A stretch of DNA of 64,000 nucleotides from Vicinamibacterales bacterium (GCA_035495555.1 DATJFQ010000024.1:5705-69704), one strand, 5' to 3'; shown: positions 27,690 to 37,357, counted from the first letter of the stretch. Notes: generated by a model from the letters alone, not told the origin. Made by a program: numbers and translations.

Positions 27690-29648
27690 TCAGGAACGCT
27701 CCCGCGGCTCTTCGAGGTACGTGTACCCGTGCAGGCCGTCTTCGTAGAACTCGAGGAGACGGCCTGACTCTTCGAACGTCATGCGGCCCTCTCGAACGGC
27801 CAGCTCCACGTCCTGGCGCAACTTGCGCACCAGCGTCTCGGCATCGAACTCCACGTAGTCGAGCACCTCGCGGACCGTGTCCCCTTTGATGACCGCGTCG
27901 AGGACGACGCTCCCCGCGTCGTCCAGGCTGACGTGAACGGCGTGCGTATCGCCGAACAGGTTGTGGAGATCCCCCAGAATTTCCTGGTAAGCGCCGACGA
28001 GGAACACGCCGAGGTAGTACGGCTCGCCGTTGACGGTGTGCAGCGGCAGCGTCCGCTTGACGTCGCGGCGATCGATGAACGAGTCGATCTTCCCGTCCGA
28101 GTCGCAGGTGATGTCGCCGAGCACCGCATGATGGCTGGGCGGCTGATTCAGGAAGTGAATCGGCATCACCGGGAACAGCTGCTTGATCGCCCAGCTGTCG
28201 GGAATCGACTGGAACAGCGAAAAATTGCAGAAATACGTGTCGGCCATCGCGTCGTCGAGGCCCTGCAGGTCCTCGGGGACGTCTTCCATCTGCGCGACGA
28301 TCTTCTTGAGCTTGGCGAGAATCGCCCAATAGAGGTTCTCGGCCTGGCAGCGCTGGTCGAGCGGCAGATACCCGCCCGTAAACAGATTCAGCGCCATGTC
28401 GAGCGCCTGCTGGGCGTCGTGGTAGCTCTCGAGCGCGTTGCGGACCGACAGGTGTTGATACGTCTCGAGGAGGTCGATGACGGGCTGCTCCGCCTCGTCC
28501 GGCGAAATCGAATCGGGGATCTTTTCCTCGCCGAACGCCGACACCCCCAGCACGTTGAAGATGAGAACGCTGTGGTAGGCGACGATGGCGCGCCCGCTCT
28601 CGGACACGATCGTCGGGTGCTTCACGCCCGCATCGTCGCAGACGGTCTGAATGTGGTAGACGACGTCGTTCGCGTATTCCTCGAGGGTGTAATTCACGCT
28701 CGACTCGAAGTTGGTCTGGGAGCCGTCGTAATCGACGCCGAGGCCGCCACCGACGTCGAGGTACTCGAGACCGGCGCCGGCTTTGACCAGTTCCGCGTAG
28801 ATCCGCGCGGCTTCGTTCAACGCGCCCTTGACGATGCGGATGTTCGGGATCTGGCTGCCGAGATGAAAGTGCAGGAGCTTGAAGCAGTCCTGCATGTCGC
28901 GCGCCTTCAGCTCGGTCAGGCCGCGCAGCACTTCGGCAACCGTGAGGCCGAATTTGGAGCGGTAGCCGCCTGACCCCTGCCAGCGCCCACCGCCGCGCGA
29001 CGCCAGCTTGACGCGCATGCCGATCTGCGGCCTGACGCCGACCTTCTCCGCATACTTCAGGATGAGGCCCAGCTCCGTGTACTTCTCGACGACGGGGATG
29101 ATGTTGCGCCCGATCTTCTGGGCGAGCATCGCCGCTTCGATGTACTCGGCGTCTTTGAAGCCGTTGCAGATGATGGGCGTGTCGTTGGTCGCCTGCGCCA
29201 TCACGGCCAGCAGTTCGGGTTTCGAACCGGCCTCGAGGCCGAAGCCGTATTCCCGGCCGAAGTCGTGGACCTCTTCGACGACCTGCCGCTGCTGGTTCAC
29301 CTTGATTGGATAGACGCAGATGTAGCGCCCGTCGTAGTTGTGCTGATTGATCGCGGTCTGAAAGGCGTTGTGGATGTCGCCGATGCGATGGCGCAGGATA
29401 TCGGTGAAGCGAATCAGCACCGGGAGCCCGATGCCGCGGAGCATCAAGTGGTCCGTGAGCTGCTTCAGATCGATGCTGCGCGACGGATCCTTCGTCGGGT
29501 GGACGAGGACGTGGCCGTCTCTCGAAATCGAGAAGTACCCTTTTCCCCACCGATCGACTTCGTACAGTTCAGTCGCGTCGCTGACGGTGAAGATCTCTCC
29601 CGCCTGCCACGTGCGGTTCCTCGTTGTGGGGGTGCTCACTCGGTTCAT
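27690..29648 (-). CDS. speA: Biosynthetic arginine decarboxylase
   Basis: ATG 29648 preferred over GTG 29657. Full-length SpeA-like sequence: YEVDRWGKGYFSI, VYPIKVNQQRQVVEEV, HFHLGSQI, EYLDVGGGLGVDYDGS, LGDITCDSDGKI. Confidence 0.92.
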   Translation of the reverse strand: MNRVSTPTTRNRTWQAGEIFTVSDATELYEVDRWGKGYFSISRDGHVLVHPTKDPSRSIDLKQLTDHLMLRGIGLPVLIRFTDILRHRIGDIHNAFQTAINQHNYDGRYICVYPIKVNQQRQVVEEVHDFGREYGFGLEAGSKPELLAVMAQATNDTPIICNGFKDAEYIEAAMLAQKIGRNIIPVVEKYTELGLILKYAEKVGVRPQIGMRVKLASRGGGRWQGSGGYRSKFGLTVAEVLRGLTELKARDMQDCFKLLHFHLGSQIPNIRIVKGALNEAARIYAELVKAGAGLEYLDVGGGLGVDYDGSQTNFESSVNYTLEEYANDVVYHIQTVCDDAGVKHPTIVSESGRAIVAYHSVLIFNVLGVSAFGEEKIPDSISPDEAEQPVIDLLETYQHLSVRNALESYHDAQQALDMALNLFTGGYLPLDQRCQAENLYWAILAKLKKIVAQMEDVPEDLQGLDDAMADTYFCNFSLFQSIPDSWAIKQLFPVMPIHFLNQPPSHHAVLGDITCDSDGKIDSFIDRRDVKRTLPLHTVNGEPYYLGVFLVGAYQEILGDLHNLFGDTHAVHVSLDDAGSVVLDAVIKGDTVREVLDYVEFDAETLVRKLRQDVELAVREGRMTFEESGRLLEFYEDGLHGYTYLEEPRERS

Positions 29649-29706
29649 GATACACACGTTTTCCGGGAGCGTACCCCCCGAACGCGAGGAGAAATTCGCG
29701 GGACGG

Positions 29707-31887
29707 TCAGCGCGACGACGAACTGGAGAGATCGAGTGAGGGCCGAAGCTCGATGATGTGCGCGCGGGTGCCTTCCGCGGCGTCGATCCGGATCCCGTTC
29801 GCCGTCAGATCCGCGCCGCTCGTAGGCTCGAACCCGCCCCCGTCGACCGGGAGGATCTCGTACCTGGTTTCCGGGCGCAGCCCCTGCGGACGCACAGTGA
29901 TGTGGTCGCTGCCGCCCGCGTTCTGATACGCGAATATCAGCGACGTCCCCGACGCGAAGTCCGTCTCCTGGAGCACGTCCCATCGGCCCTGGTCGTCGTC
30001 GCCGACCTGAGGCGTGAGCAGTGTGGCGCTCGCGCCGCTGAGCGTGTCGCGAATGTCTTTGTAGATATCGATCTCGCGGCGGATGCCGGCCCGATCGTTC
30101 TCCGACAGGTCGGCGCCGCGCCAGGTCGTGCCCAGCATGCCGGGCATCCGGCTTCTGAAGGATGTCGTGAGATCGGTGGCGCCTTCAGGATCCTGCCATT
30201 CGCCATCGAAGACGAAGGACAGCAGCACCGGCGGCGGCATCACCACGCTGAGCCCTTCGAGGTTGTGGCGGACGTGGGGTGACGTGAACGTGCGGTCGTC
30301 CATCCACGCCGAGTCCGTCGAAGCGAGCATCCCGGGTTCGAGGCGGTTGCCGCCGCCGGAGCAATTCTCGATCAGCAGATCGGGATAGCGCTGCCGCAGT
30401 TCCGCGAGAATATCCAGCAACGCGCGATTGTGGGCGAAGTTGCCGTCGCCGGCTCCGTGGCCGTGGCCGCTGCGATCGCAGTTCACCCACGTGTTGTTGT
30501 CCCATTTCAGGTAGTCCGGATTGACATCGTCGATGAGGCGCGTGAGCCGCTCGAGGATCCAGTCGCGCGCCTCCGGGGACGCGAGGCAGATTTGCGCGGC
30601 TGGTGCCGTTTTGTTGGTGGACCCGGGACTGTACCGGCCATTGGACATCGCCAGCCAGCGCTCGCGCGCGAGACCCGGCTTCCCGACCGTATGCATGTCG
30701 ACGCGTTCCGGCTCCACCCAGAGACCGAACTTCATCCCGCGCTCGTGCGCGAAGTCGCTCAGCGCGCGGAGCCCGGACGGGAATCGATCCGTGTCCTCCT
30801 CCCAGACGCCGATGCCGGTCGTGAAGTCGGACGGGTCGCTTCCGCTCACATACCACCCCGCGTCGACCACGAACAGTTCGATGCCGAGGTCAGCCGCCGA
30901 GTCAATCTCCGAGCGCATCGACGCTTCGTCGATCGCCGTGCCGTACGCGAACCACGTGTTATAGGTCACCAGCGGCTGGTAGGGGCGCCCCTGGCGGACG
31001 GCGGCCATGACGAACGCCCGCATCGCTTCCGATGCGCGGCGGGTCGTCGCATCCGACAGCCCGATGTAAGCGTGGGGTGTCTCGAGCGGCGCCGCTGCCG
31101 AGGTGCTGAACGCGGGCAGGCCGACTGACGCGGCCAGCGAGTCGCCGTGGCGTGTAAGCGCGATCTGCCAGGATCCCGGCCAGAGAAGACCGCCGAAGAC
31201 GGCCGCCTTCTGCCGAATCACCTGAAACCAGGGCACCGCCTGTTCGGTCGCGCGTCCAGTCGCACCGATGTTCACGGAGGCGCCATCGTCCAGCGCGGTC
31301 GATTGCAGCGTGAAGCTGCCGCCGGCGTCGTCTGCAGTCTGCAGACCCGTGAGCCAGTGGATTCGGCCGTTGGCCATCGTCAGGTCGAGCCTGGGAAGCT
31401 GATCGATGTCAATCGCCCGCGAATCGGTCGGCGCGAGCGTCGTCCAGGACTCGATAACCGGCGCGCCCGCGTAACAGACGTAGTGGCGCTCGACCGAGAC
31501 GTGGAGATCCGCGGCTCGATACCGGGCGACCAGTTCGACGCCGGAACCGTACTGCGCGGTCGTAACGCCCTCGAAGGTGAATCCCTGCGTACTGAGGGTG
31601 CGGGTGGTTCCCGCCAGGGAAACGGTTGGTGGCGCGCCACTCGATGCAAGCCACTCCTCATCCGAACCAGGCGCGGTGAGACTGACCGGCATCAACGTGC
31701 GGTCGCGAGTCAACGTCAGTGTGAACGCAATACCCGGATTACCGATCGTGAAACTGCCGTCGTCTGCGCGATCGACATAGGCGTCGCCGTTATCGACCAG
31801 TCGCGTGTCGTCGCTGCGCACCGCCGTCGCCAGCAGCACGAGTGCCAAGGCGGTGACAGCCGTCCTGCGAAGTGGACTTCGGTGCAT
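29707..31887 (-). CDS. Secreted GH36-family alpha-galactosidase
   Basis: Start moved from 32490 to ATG 31887 (MHRSPLRRTAVTALALVLLATAV signal peptide). The upstream 200 codons of the track ORF translate heptamer repeats. GH36-type blocks: FVVDAGWY, DYLKWDNN, ENCSGGGNR. Confidence 0.8.
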   Translation of the reverse strand: MHRSPLRRTAVTALALVLLATAVRSDDTRLVDNGDAYVDRADDGSFTIGNPGIAFTLTLTRDRTLMPVSLTAPGSDEEWLASSGAPPTVSLAGTTRTLSTQGFTFEGVTTAQYGSGVELVARYRAADLHVSVERHYVCYAGAPVIESWTTLAPTDSRAIDIDQLPRLDLTMANGRIHWLTGLQTADDAGGSFTLQSTALDDGASVNIGATGRATEQAVPWFQVIRQKAAVFGGLLWPGSWQIALTRHGDSLAASVGLPAFSTSAAAPLETPHAYIGLSDATTRRASEAMRAFVMAAVRQGRPYQPLVTYNTWFAYGTAIDEASMRSEIDSAADLGIELFVVDAGWYVSGSDPSDFTTGIGVWEEDTDRFPSGLRALSDFAHERGMKFGLWVEPERVDMHTVGKPGLARERWLAMSNGRYSPGSTNKTAPAAQICLASPEARDWILERLTRLIDDVNPDYLKWDNNTWVNCDRSGHGHGAGDGNFAHNRALLDILAELRQRYPDLLIENCSGGGNRLEPGMLASTDSAWMDDRTFTSPHVRHNLEGLSVVMPPPVLLSFVFDGEWQDPEGATDLTTSFRSRMPGMLGTTWRGADLSENDRAGIRREIDIYKDIRDTLSGASATLLTPQVGDDDQGRWDVLQETDFASGTSLIFAYQNAGGSDHITVRPQGLRPETRYEILPVDGGGFEPTSGADLTANGIRIDAAEGTRAHIIELRPSLDLSSSSSR

Positions 31888-31973
31888 AGTTCTGTGGACG
31901 TACCAACGCGTGCAGCGGCCGGTTCGAACAGTTCGGACCGGCGCTGTGCGAAACGAGTACCACTCGTGCGGAA

Positions 31974-32530
31974 GGCGCGCGCACCTCGCGCCTCGCGCCT
32001 CCCGTCTCACGCCGCGCGCCGATCCGCCTTGTCTTGCGATGGGTCCCCGCTCGGACAACTCCGCCTCCGCGCAGGCAGAGACTCCGCCTGCGCTCCGGCG
32101 GGATCTCGCCGAAGCCGCTTCGCGGCGGAGGCGGACCCGCTTCGTGGTCGGCGGCGGGAAAGACTTCGACGAGGAGCCGCCTCCGCGCGACGCGCGCGCC
32201 CGTCCTCGCCCCCATCGCTGGTGAGGCGATCGGGCTCGCGCGCCTCTCGCCTCCCGCCTCGCGCCGCGCGCCTCGCACCGCGCGCCTCCCGCCTGACGCC
32301 GCGCGCCGATCCGCCTTGTCTTGCGATGGGGCCCCCGCTCGGACAGCCCGCTTCGTGCTCGGCGGCCGGAAAGATTGTCGACGAGGAGCCGCCTCCGCGC
32401 GAAGCGGGCGCCCGTCCTCGCGCCCATCGCTGGTGAGGCGATCGGGCCCGCGCGTCTCTCTCGCCCCACCTCCCGCCTCGCGCCTCGCACCTCGCACCTC
32501 GCGCCTCGCGCCTCGCGCCTCGCGCCTCGC
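31974..32530. repeat. Composite repeat region: heptamer arrays (GCGCCTC-type; 31974-32022, 32240-32302, 32466-32530) alternating with two copies of a hairpin-forming element (32009-32239 and 32296-32465; period 287 bp)
   Basis: Read directly. ACGCCGCGCGCCGATCCGCCTTGTCTTGCGATGGG...CCCATCGCTGGTGAGGCGATCGGG occurs twice. Copy 1 carries an extra ~80-nt internal hairpin. The last array abuts the TonB-dependent receptor stop (32531). Confidence 0.9.
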
Positions 32531-35380
32531 TTAGAAGTTGAAACGCACGCCGAACCTCGCGATGCGCGGATTCATGATTTCCGTCACCGCGTTGAACGTG
32601 TCGGCGTTTACGTTGTACTTCCGTCCGAGCACCGTGCCGCTGTTGAGCAGGTTGAACACATCGACATCGAACGACAGGTGCCGCGCGCCGAAGGAGAACT
32701 GCTTTTCGAAGCGGGCGTCGAGCGTCGACACGTTCGGCAGGCGGTACTTGCCCACATTGCTGCCGACCACCAGCACGTCCTTGAGGCCGTACACCGTTTC
32801 GTTCACCGACGTGTTGTCGGCAAAGAACATTTCCGAATATCCCTGACGAAGTGTCCAGTTCGCGCCAAGATTGACGCCCCACGGCCCCTGGTAGTACCCG
32901 TTCGCGATGAACTGATACTTCGGCAGGGTGAGATAGATCTGCGACTTGCCGCTGCCGGCGGTCGGGACGGTGACGGTCGCGCGGTTGACGAGCGGGTCGG
33001 ACGTGAGCGGGGTCGGATCCACGATGGAACGCGACGGATCGTCGAAATACTCCTTCTCCGAGTTCCAGGAGAACCCGAACCGCCCCATCCAGCGGTTCGC
33101 CAGACGCTTGGTCGCGGAGACTTCCACGCCGTTGAACGCCCGGTGATACCCCTCGCGGTTGGCCGTCAGCGTGCCGTTGCCGAGCGGCGTGGCCGCCTCG
33201 CTCAGCGCGTAGTACGGCTGGTGGACCGCCGTGCCGTCGGGCAGCGTCGCGTCGATATAGCCGTCGATCGCGTAGTCGGCGGTCGTGGCGCCAATGGGGG
33301 GAGCGACGTTCCAGAGCTGGTGCACGAAACGGCGCCACGTATAAGTGGCCGAGACGCCGAAGTTGGCCATCAGCTCGTGGTCGAGGCCAATCGCAATCTC
33401 GTGGGTGCGCGGCGCGCGGTAATTCGGGTCAATCTGATTGACTGGTCGTGTGGGGTCGGACGCGATGATGTTGCGCGACCCGAGGAACCGCCCGAGTTCG
33501 TCGGGCTCGATCTCGAAGTTCTGATTGCGGTCCACCGCGAGGTAGTACGAGTACGCATAGCTCGCCGCGGAAATGTTGCCCGCGACCGCCGCGTTCAGCT
33601 GTCCCGCGAACGACGAATAGCTCGCCCGGGCGATCGTCCTGCGCCCTTCGCCGATCGCGTACGTCAGCCCTGCGCGCGGCGACCACGTATTCCAGATGAC
33701 CGCATTCTTGACGGCCGGCGCGTCCACCGCCGGCAGGTCCTCCGGGACGACGGGATGAGCGTCGAGATGAATCGCGTCGGTCGAGGACGTCGCCCGATCG
33801 AAGCGCAGCGCCGCGCTGATCGTGAGCCGGTCCAGCGAGATCGTGTCGCCCGCGAACAATGAGGTGTACAGCGCGTGATTCACCTGATGGAAGGGCCGGA
33901 TGGCGATCGCTTCCGTGAGGTGTGTCTCGGGATCCAGCTCGAAATCCTCGAAGTCGCCGCCGTAACGCACCGTCGTGTCGTCCGTGTAACGGCGCGCGGA
34001 ACCGCCGAACTTCAGCTCGTGACGGCCGCGGAACCAGCTGCCGTCTCCGTTGAACACGACCTGCGGACGGTCGGTGTTTTCGTACAGGCTCGTGTTGTGC
34101 TGGACGCTGTTCGCGTCGATGAACACCTGCTTGTCGAGACCGCCTTTCGGCGTGAGCGAGAACGGCCCGTTGACGTGCGCGCCGCGCACGGTCAGAAACA
34201 GCGTGCTGGAGGCGACGTAATCGGCCTCCCCCTTGTACAGCTTCGACGGCCCGTTCTGAATCCACGTGGTCTCCGGTGGATTGTCCGGACCTGCGCCGCG
34301 CCCATCCTTCTTCTTGTTGCCGCTGAAGAACGTGAAGTTGCCGCGGAGCGCCTGCGTCAGGGCTGCGCTTGCCTTCGCGCCGATGTTCTCGAGCGTGGTC
34401 TTGTCGGGATAGCCGTCGAGCGTCTGAATGTTCACGTCCGTGCGCGCGAGCGATCCCCATCCCCAGAGGCGATCCTTGACGAGCGGGCCGCCGAGCTCAC
34501 CGCCGTAATCGGCGTACTTCGTGAGGCGATTGCCCTTCCCGCTCACGCCGCCGAGCGCGTCCACGAGATCCGCCGGCACGTTCGACGACTGGAGGTCTTT
34601 GTTCTCGTAATAGGTACGCGCGGAACCGTGCGCCGTATTCGTGCCGGACTTCAGCACGAAATTCATCTGCACACCCGCCGTGGCCTGCTGCGCGTCGGCT
34701 CCCCCTGTGGTGACCTGCATCTCCTGGAACATGTCGAAGTCGTAGTAACTGGGCGACGAACCGAGCGCGCTCATGTCGGTGATCGGAATCCCGTCCATGT
34801 ACCAGGTGTTATCGCCGGTCGAGGCGCCTTTCGCAATGTAGTTCGACTGCTGGCCGGATTCGGAGCCGCCAACGTTGACGCGGTCCACGATGACGCCCGG
34901 CACGGTCTGCAGCACGACCCACGGGTCCCGCGCCGATGGAATGTTTTGCAGCTCCTGGTTCGTGATGTTCGTGGAGATCGTCTGACGCTTGGGTTCGAGG
35001 ACCGGCACCTCCGCCGCGACCTGCACCTGCTCGGTGACCCCTCCGATGCCCATCGTGACGCGCAGCGGCACGACGCCGCCGGCGGTGACGGGGACGTTTC
35101 GGTTCAGGTAATCCGCGAAGCCGGACAGCGCGGCTCTCACCTGATACGTGCCGGCGGGGAGGTTCAGAAAATGCGCTTGCCCCTGCGCGTCGGTCGTGGC
35201 GCTCTGGTTCTGTGGTCCCGAAAGATCGACGGTCACGCCCGGGAGCACCGCGCCGGATTGATCCTGAGTCGTGACATCGATGCGGCCGGTGAATACCTGC
35301 GCGCCTGCCGGCGCCGCGGCACACACCATCGCCGCGCACGCCCACGCGAGCACGCGCTCGCGATGCAATGGATTGAACAT
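32531..35380 (-). CDS. TonB-dependent receptor with N-terminal CarboxypepD_reg-like domain
   Basis: Start moved to ATG 35380, preceded by a GGAGGG Shine-Dalgarno sequence. Has a signal peptide, the domain GRIDVTTQDQSGAVLPGVTVDLSG...GTYQVRAALSGF and the plug-like SARDPWVVLQTVPGV. The 949-aa protein ends ...ARFGVRFNF (terminal aromatic residue, typical of OM barrels). Confidence 0.85.
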   Translation of the reverse strand: MFNPLHRERVLAWACAAMVCAAAPAGAQVFTGRIDVTTQDQSGAVLPGVTVDLSGPQNQSATTDAQGQAHFLNLPAGTYQVRAALSGFADYLNRNVPVTAGGVVPLRVTMGIGGVTEQVQVAAEVPVLEPKRQTISTNITNQELQNIPSARDPWVVLQTVPGVIVDRVNVGGSESGQQSNYIAKGASTGDNTWYMDGIPITDMSALGSSPSYYDFDMFQEMQVTTGGADAQQATAGVQMNFVLKSGTNTAHGSARTYYENKDLQSSNVPADLVDALGGVSGKGNRLTKYADYGGELGGPLVKDRLWGWGSLARTDVNIQTLDGYPDKTTLENIGAKASAALTQALRGNFTFFSGNKKKDGRGAGPDNPPETTWIQNGPSKLYKGEADYVASSTLFLTVRGAHVNGPFSLTPKGGLDKQVFIDANSVQHNTSLYENTDRPQVVFNGDGSWFRGRHELKFGGSARRYTDDTTVRYGGDFEDFELDPETHLTEAIAIRPFHQVNHALYTSLFAGDTISLDRLTISAALRFDRATSSTDAIHLDAHPVVPEDLPAVDAPAVKNAVIWNTWSPRAGLTYAIGEGRRTIARASYSSFAGQLNAAVAGNISAASYAYSYYLAVDRNQNFEIEPDELGRFLGSRNIIASDPTRPVNQIDPNYRAPRTHEIAIGLDHELMANFGVSATYTWRRFVHQLWNVAPPIGATTADYAIDGYIDATLPDGTAVHQPYYALSEAATPLGNGTLTANREGYHRAFNGVEVSATKRLANRWMGRFGFSWNSEKEYFDDPSRSIVDPTPLTSDPLVNRATVTVPTAGSGKSQIYLTLPKYQFIANGYYQGPWGVNLGANWTLRQGYSEMFFADNTSVNETVYGLKDVLVVGSNVGKYRLPNVSTLDARFEKQFSFGARHLSFDVDVFNLLNSGTVLGRKYNVNADTFNAVTEIMNPRIARFGVRFNF

Positions 35381-35787
35381 GTTGTGGCCCTCCAAATGAG
35401 GGGTGCCGCTAGGCAATCGCAGTGCCCGCGTTCGTCGAACCGAAGCCGCAAGCCGCATTCTTGCAATCACTTGTGACGAGCGGCGCGTGCACGATGGCGT
35501 GACCCCCTCCAGTGGTGACCAATGCTGTCCGCGGTCGGCTCGCGGCGCGTCACGCGATGCGGGTTGCATCGCCGCGAGATTCAAGCGTCCGAAGATCGAC
35601 CGGGAAAAAATCGGAGATTCTGGATCGACAGGATGTCGAGAAGCTGTTCGCTCGGGCCCAAACCACTCCGGCGCGGGACATGACGAGTTCGTGATTTGGT
35701 GTCAGGACTGTAATCGTCGGCGCCGGCGATCACGCGAAAACGGCTGTTTTTCGCAGGTACTCCGCTTGCGAGTCGCAGACCTCATCC

Positions 35788-36162
35788 ATGCAGCCGATGG
35801 CCGTCAGGCGACTCGCGATTACGGTGCCGGGGTGGGCGTCGGTCGAACCGAAGGCATCCGTCCTGATCGTGTGTGCCGACCTGGAATTCAGCGGCGTTGC
35901 CGCTCGAGTGCTTCGTCGCGCGTGGTATGCCGCAGAAACGGCCCCGCACGGGGGCCACGCGTTTCTGGCGTGCATGCGTCAGCGATTTGACTTGATTCTG
36001 ATCGATACCCGCTCGATCGGCGGCAGCGAACAGTTCGTGGGCGGGCTGCTTCGCCACTGCCCTGGCGCGCGCGTGGCGCCGCTCGGCACCCGGCCGCGCG
36101 ACGCCGAGGAGTTGCTCGAGCAGATCGAAGCGCTACTTCCCGTTCCCCAGGCGAAACTCTGA
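35788..36162 (+). CDS. Single-domain receiver-like (CheY-fold) protein, probably a pseudo-receiver
   Basis: 124 aa. VLIVCADLEF...FDLILIDTRS...CPGARVAPLG follows the beta1/beta3/beta4 pattern of REC domains. The N-terminal acidic pair is replaced (CAD). Weak call. The 3' end overlaps the convergent LolA-like gene by 30 nt. Confidence 0.4.
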   Translation: MQPMAVRRLAITVPGWASVEPKASVLIVCADLEFSGVAARVLRRAWYAAETAPHGGHAFLACMRQRFDLILIDTRSIGGSEQFVGGLLRHCPGARVAPLGTRPRDAEELLEQIEALLPVPQAKL

Positions 36163-36885
36163 CGCGTCGAGCGGGACGTTCAGTTCGACGGTCGACACCC
36201 GCAAGTCAGCAACGACCTGCCCGTTGAGCGCCTGCTTCAACGAGAACGGCATCTTGACCCCGTCGACGTCGCGATAATCGGACATCGAAACCGATAGCGA
36301 CCCGCGGACGCCGTTCTGCATGATCGCAGCATCCACGCGGAACTCGAGGTACGAGTCGGTGTCGAGGTAATAGTCCCGTGTCGCGCCGTCGCTCGTCGTG
36401 ACCTTCAGATGGTAGGCGGGCCGGCCGCCGATATCTTCCTTCCCCGCAAACGAGACCTTCACGCCCTTCGCCTGGTAATCGAGCAGCGGGCTGTCGAATT
36501 CCGCGTCGCGTTTCATCGACGCCGTCTGCGGCGCTGGCATCTGAATCGGCTGCTCGCCGACTGCCGGGTTGAGCAGCCACGCGTTCGTGCCGTCGAACGC
36601 CTGCACGATCTTCTGTCCGTTGAGCGTGATTTCCTGGCGTCGGAGATTGGGACGCTTCAACTCGATGACCATCGGCGTGATCGTGCCCTGCACCGTCGCC
36701 GCCGCGGTGATGCGGACGGTGTTGACCGCCTTGAGCTTCTCCGCTCCGCCTTTAGCGGCGATGTTCTTCGACACGATCTCGTCGGCGGTGAGCGTGGGAT
36801 TCGGCGCCTGCGCCAGAACGGCAGACGAATACCCAACCCAGACGGTGAGTGCAGCCGAGATGAGCGAAAGGGGGACGCGCCGCAT
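36133..36885 (-). CDS. Outer-membrane lipoprotein-sorting (LolA-like fold) protein
   Basis: Start moved to ATG 36885 (GGAGG 5 nt upstream; MRRVPLSLISAALTVWV signal). LTADEIVSKNIAAKGGAEKLKAVNTVRI is the typical N-terminus of acidobacterial 'lipoprotein-sorting' proteins (from memory). Confidence 0.65.
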   Translation of the reverse strand: MRRVPLSLISAALTVWVGYSSAVLAQAPNPTLTADEIVSKNIAAKGGAEKLKAVNTVRITAAATVQGTITPMVIELKRPNLRRQEITLNGQKIVQAFDGTNAWLLNPAVGEQPIQMPAPQTASMKRDAEFDSPLLDYQAKGVKVSFAGKEDIGGRPAYHLKVTTSDGATRDYYLDTDSYLEFRVDAAIMQNGVRGSLSVSMSDYRDVDGVKMPFSLKQALNGQVVADLRVSTVELNVPLDASEFRLGNGK

Positions 36886-36962
36886 CGGGCCTCCTGAGGT
36901 CATCCAGTGTAACGTGCCGATGCGGAAAGAGTGGAAGCGGCCGGCGAACCGGCCGCCGTCTT

Positions 36963-37214
36963 TCAGACTCGCCGCCTCGCGACCAGTCTATAGATGACGA
37001 GCAGGACGATCGCGCCGACGATGGACATGAGCCAGCCGGCCGACTGGTTGGGGCCGTAGAAACCCATTGCGCGGCCGATGAACCCGCCAAGCAGCGCGCC
37101 CGCGATACCGAGCAGGATCGTGATAATGAACCCGCCAGGATCACGACCCGGCATCAACAACTTCGCGATGATGCCGACGACCAAGCCGAACAGAATCCAC
37201 GCCAAGATACCCAT
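36963..37214 (-). CDS. GlsB/YeaQ/YmgE-family (transglycosylase-associated) small stress membrane protein
   Basis: 83 aa. MGILAWILFGLVVGIIAKLLMPGRDPGGFIITILLGIAGALLGGFIG... is an unmistakable family signature. Confidence 0.85.
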   Translation of the reverse strand: MGILAWILFGLVVGIIAKLLMPGRDPGGFIITILLGIAGALLGGFIGRAMGFYGPNQSAGWLMSIVGAIVLLVIYRLVARRRV

Positions 37215-37357
37215 CGAGCCTCCTTGCCCGACGGAAGCGTTGCAATCTGCTCACCAGCACGGACGGTCAGCTCGGCTGCAGGCGTATGGCGGGCTGCCAC
37301 CGACAACGGATCTCAGACGTCGCGCCTCCGCCTTATGGCGACCCGAAGCGCGGAGGA

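Noticed and set aside
27655-29550. 631-aa minus-strand ORF overlapping speA in another frame
   Set aside because: speA is unambiguous over the same coordinates. The alternative frame gives an R/P/G-rich sequence with no motifs.
31790-33338. ORFs translating to ...RGARREARGARCEARG... (235 aa, 443 aa, 166 aa, and the first 200 codons of the 927-aa ORF)
   Set aside because: The repetitive peptides are simply the three frames of the GCGCCTC heptamer arrays and the duplicated hairpin element. The real GH36 gene has a signal peptide starting at ATG 31887.
35512-35694. 60-aa ORF in the 407-nt region upstream of the TonB-dependent receptor
   Set aside because: It has no Shine-Dalgarno sequence and no recognisable motif, and its composition resembles the surrounding non-coding DNA. 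There is insufficient support to call a gene.
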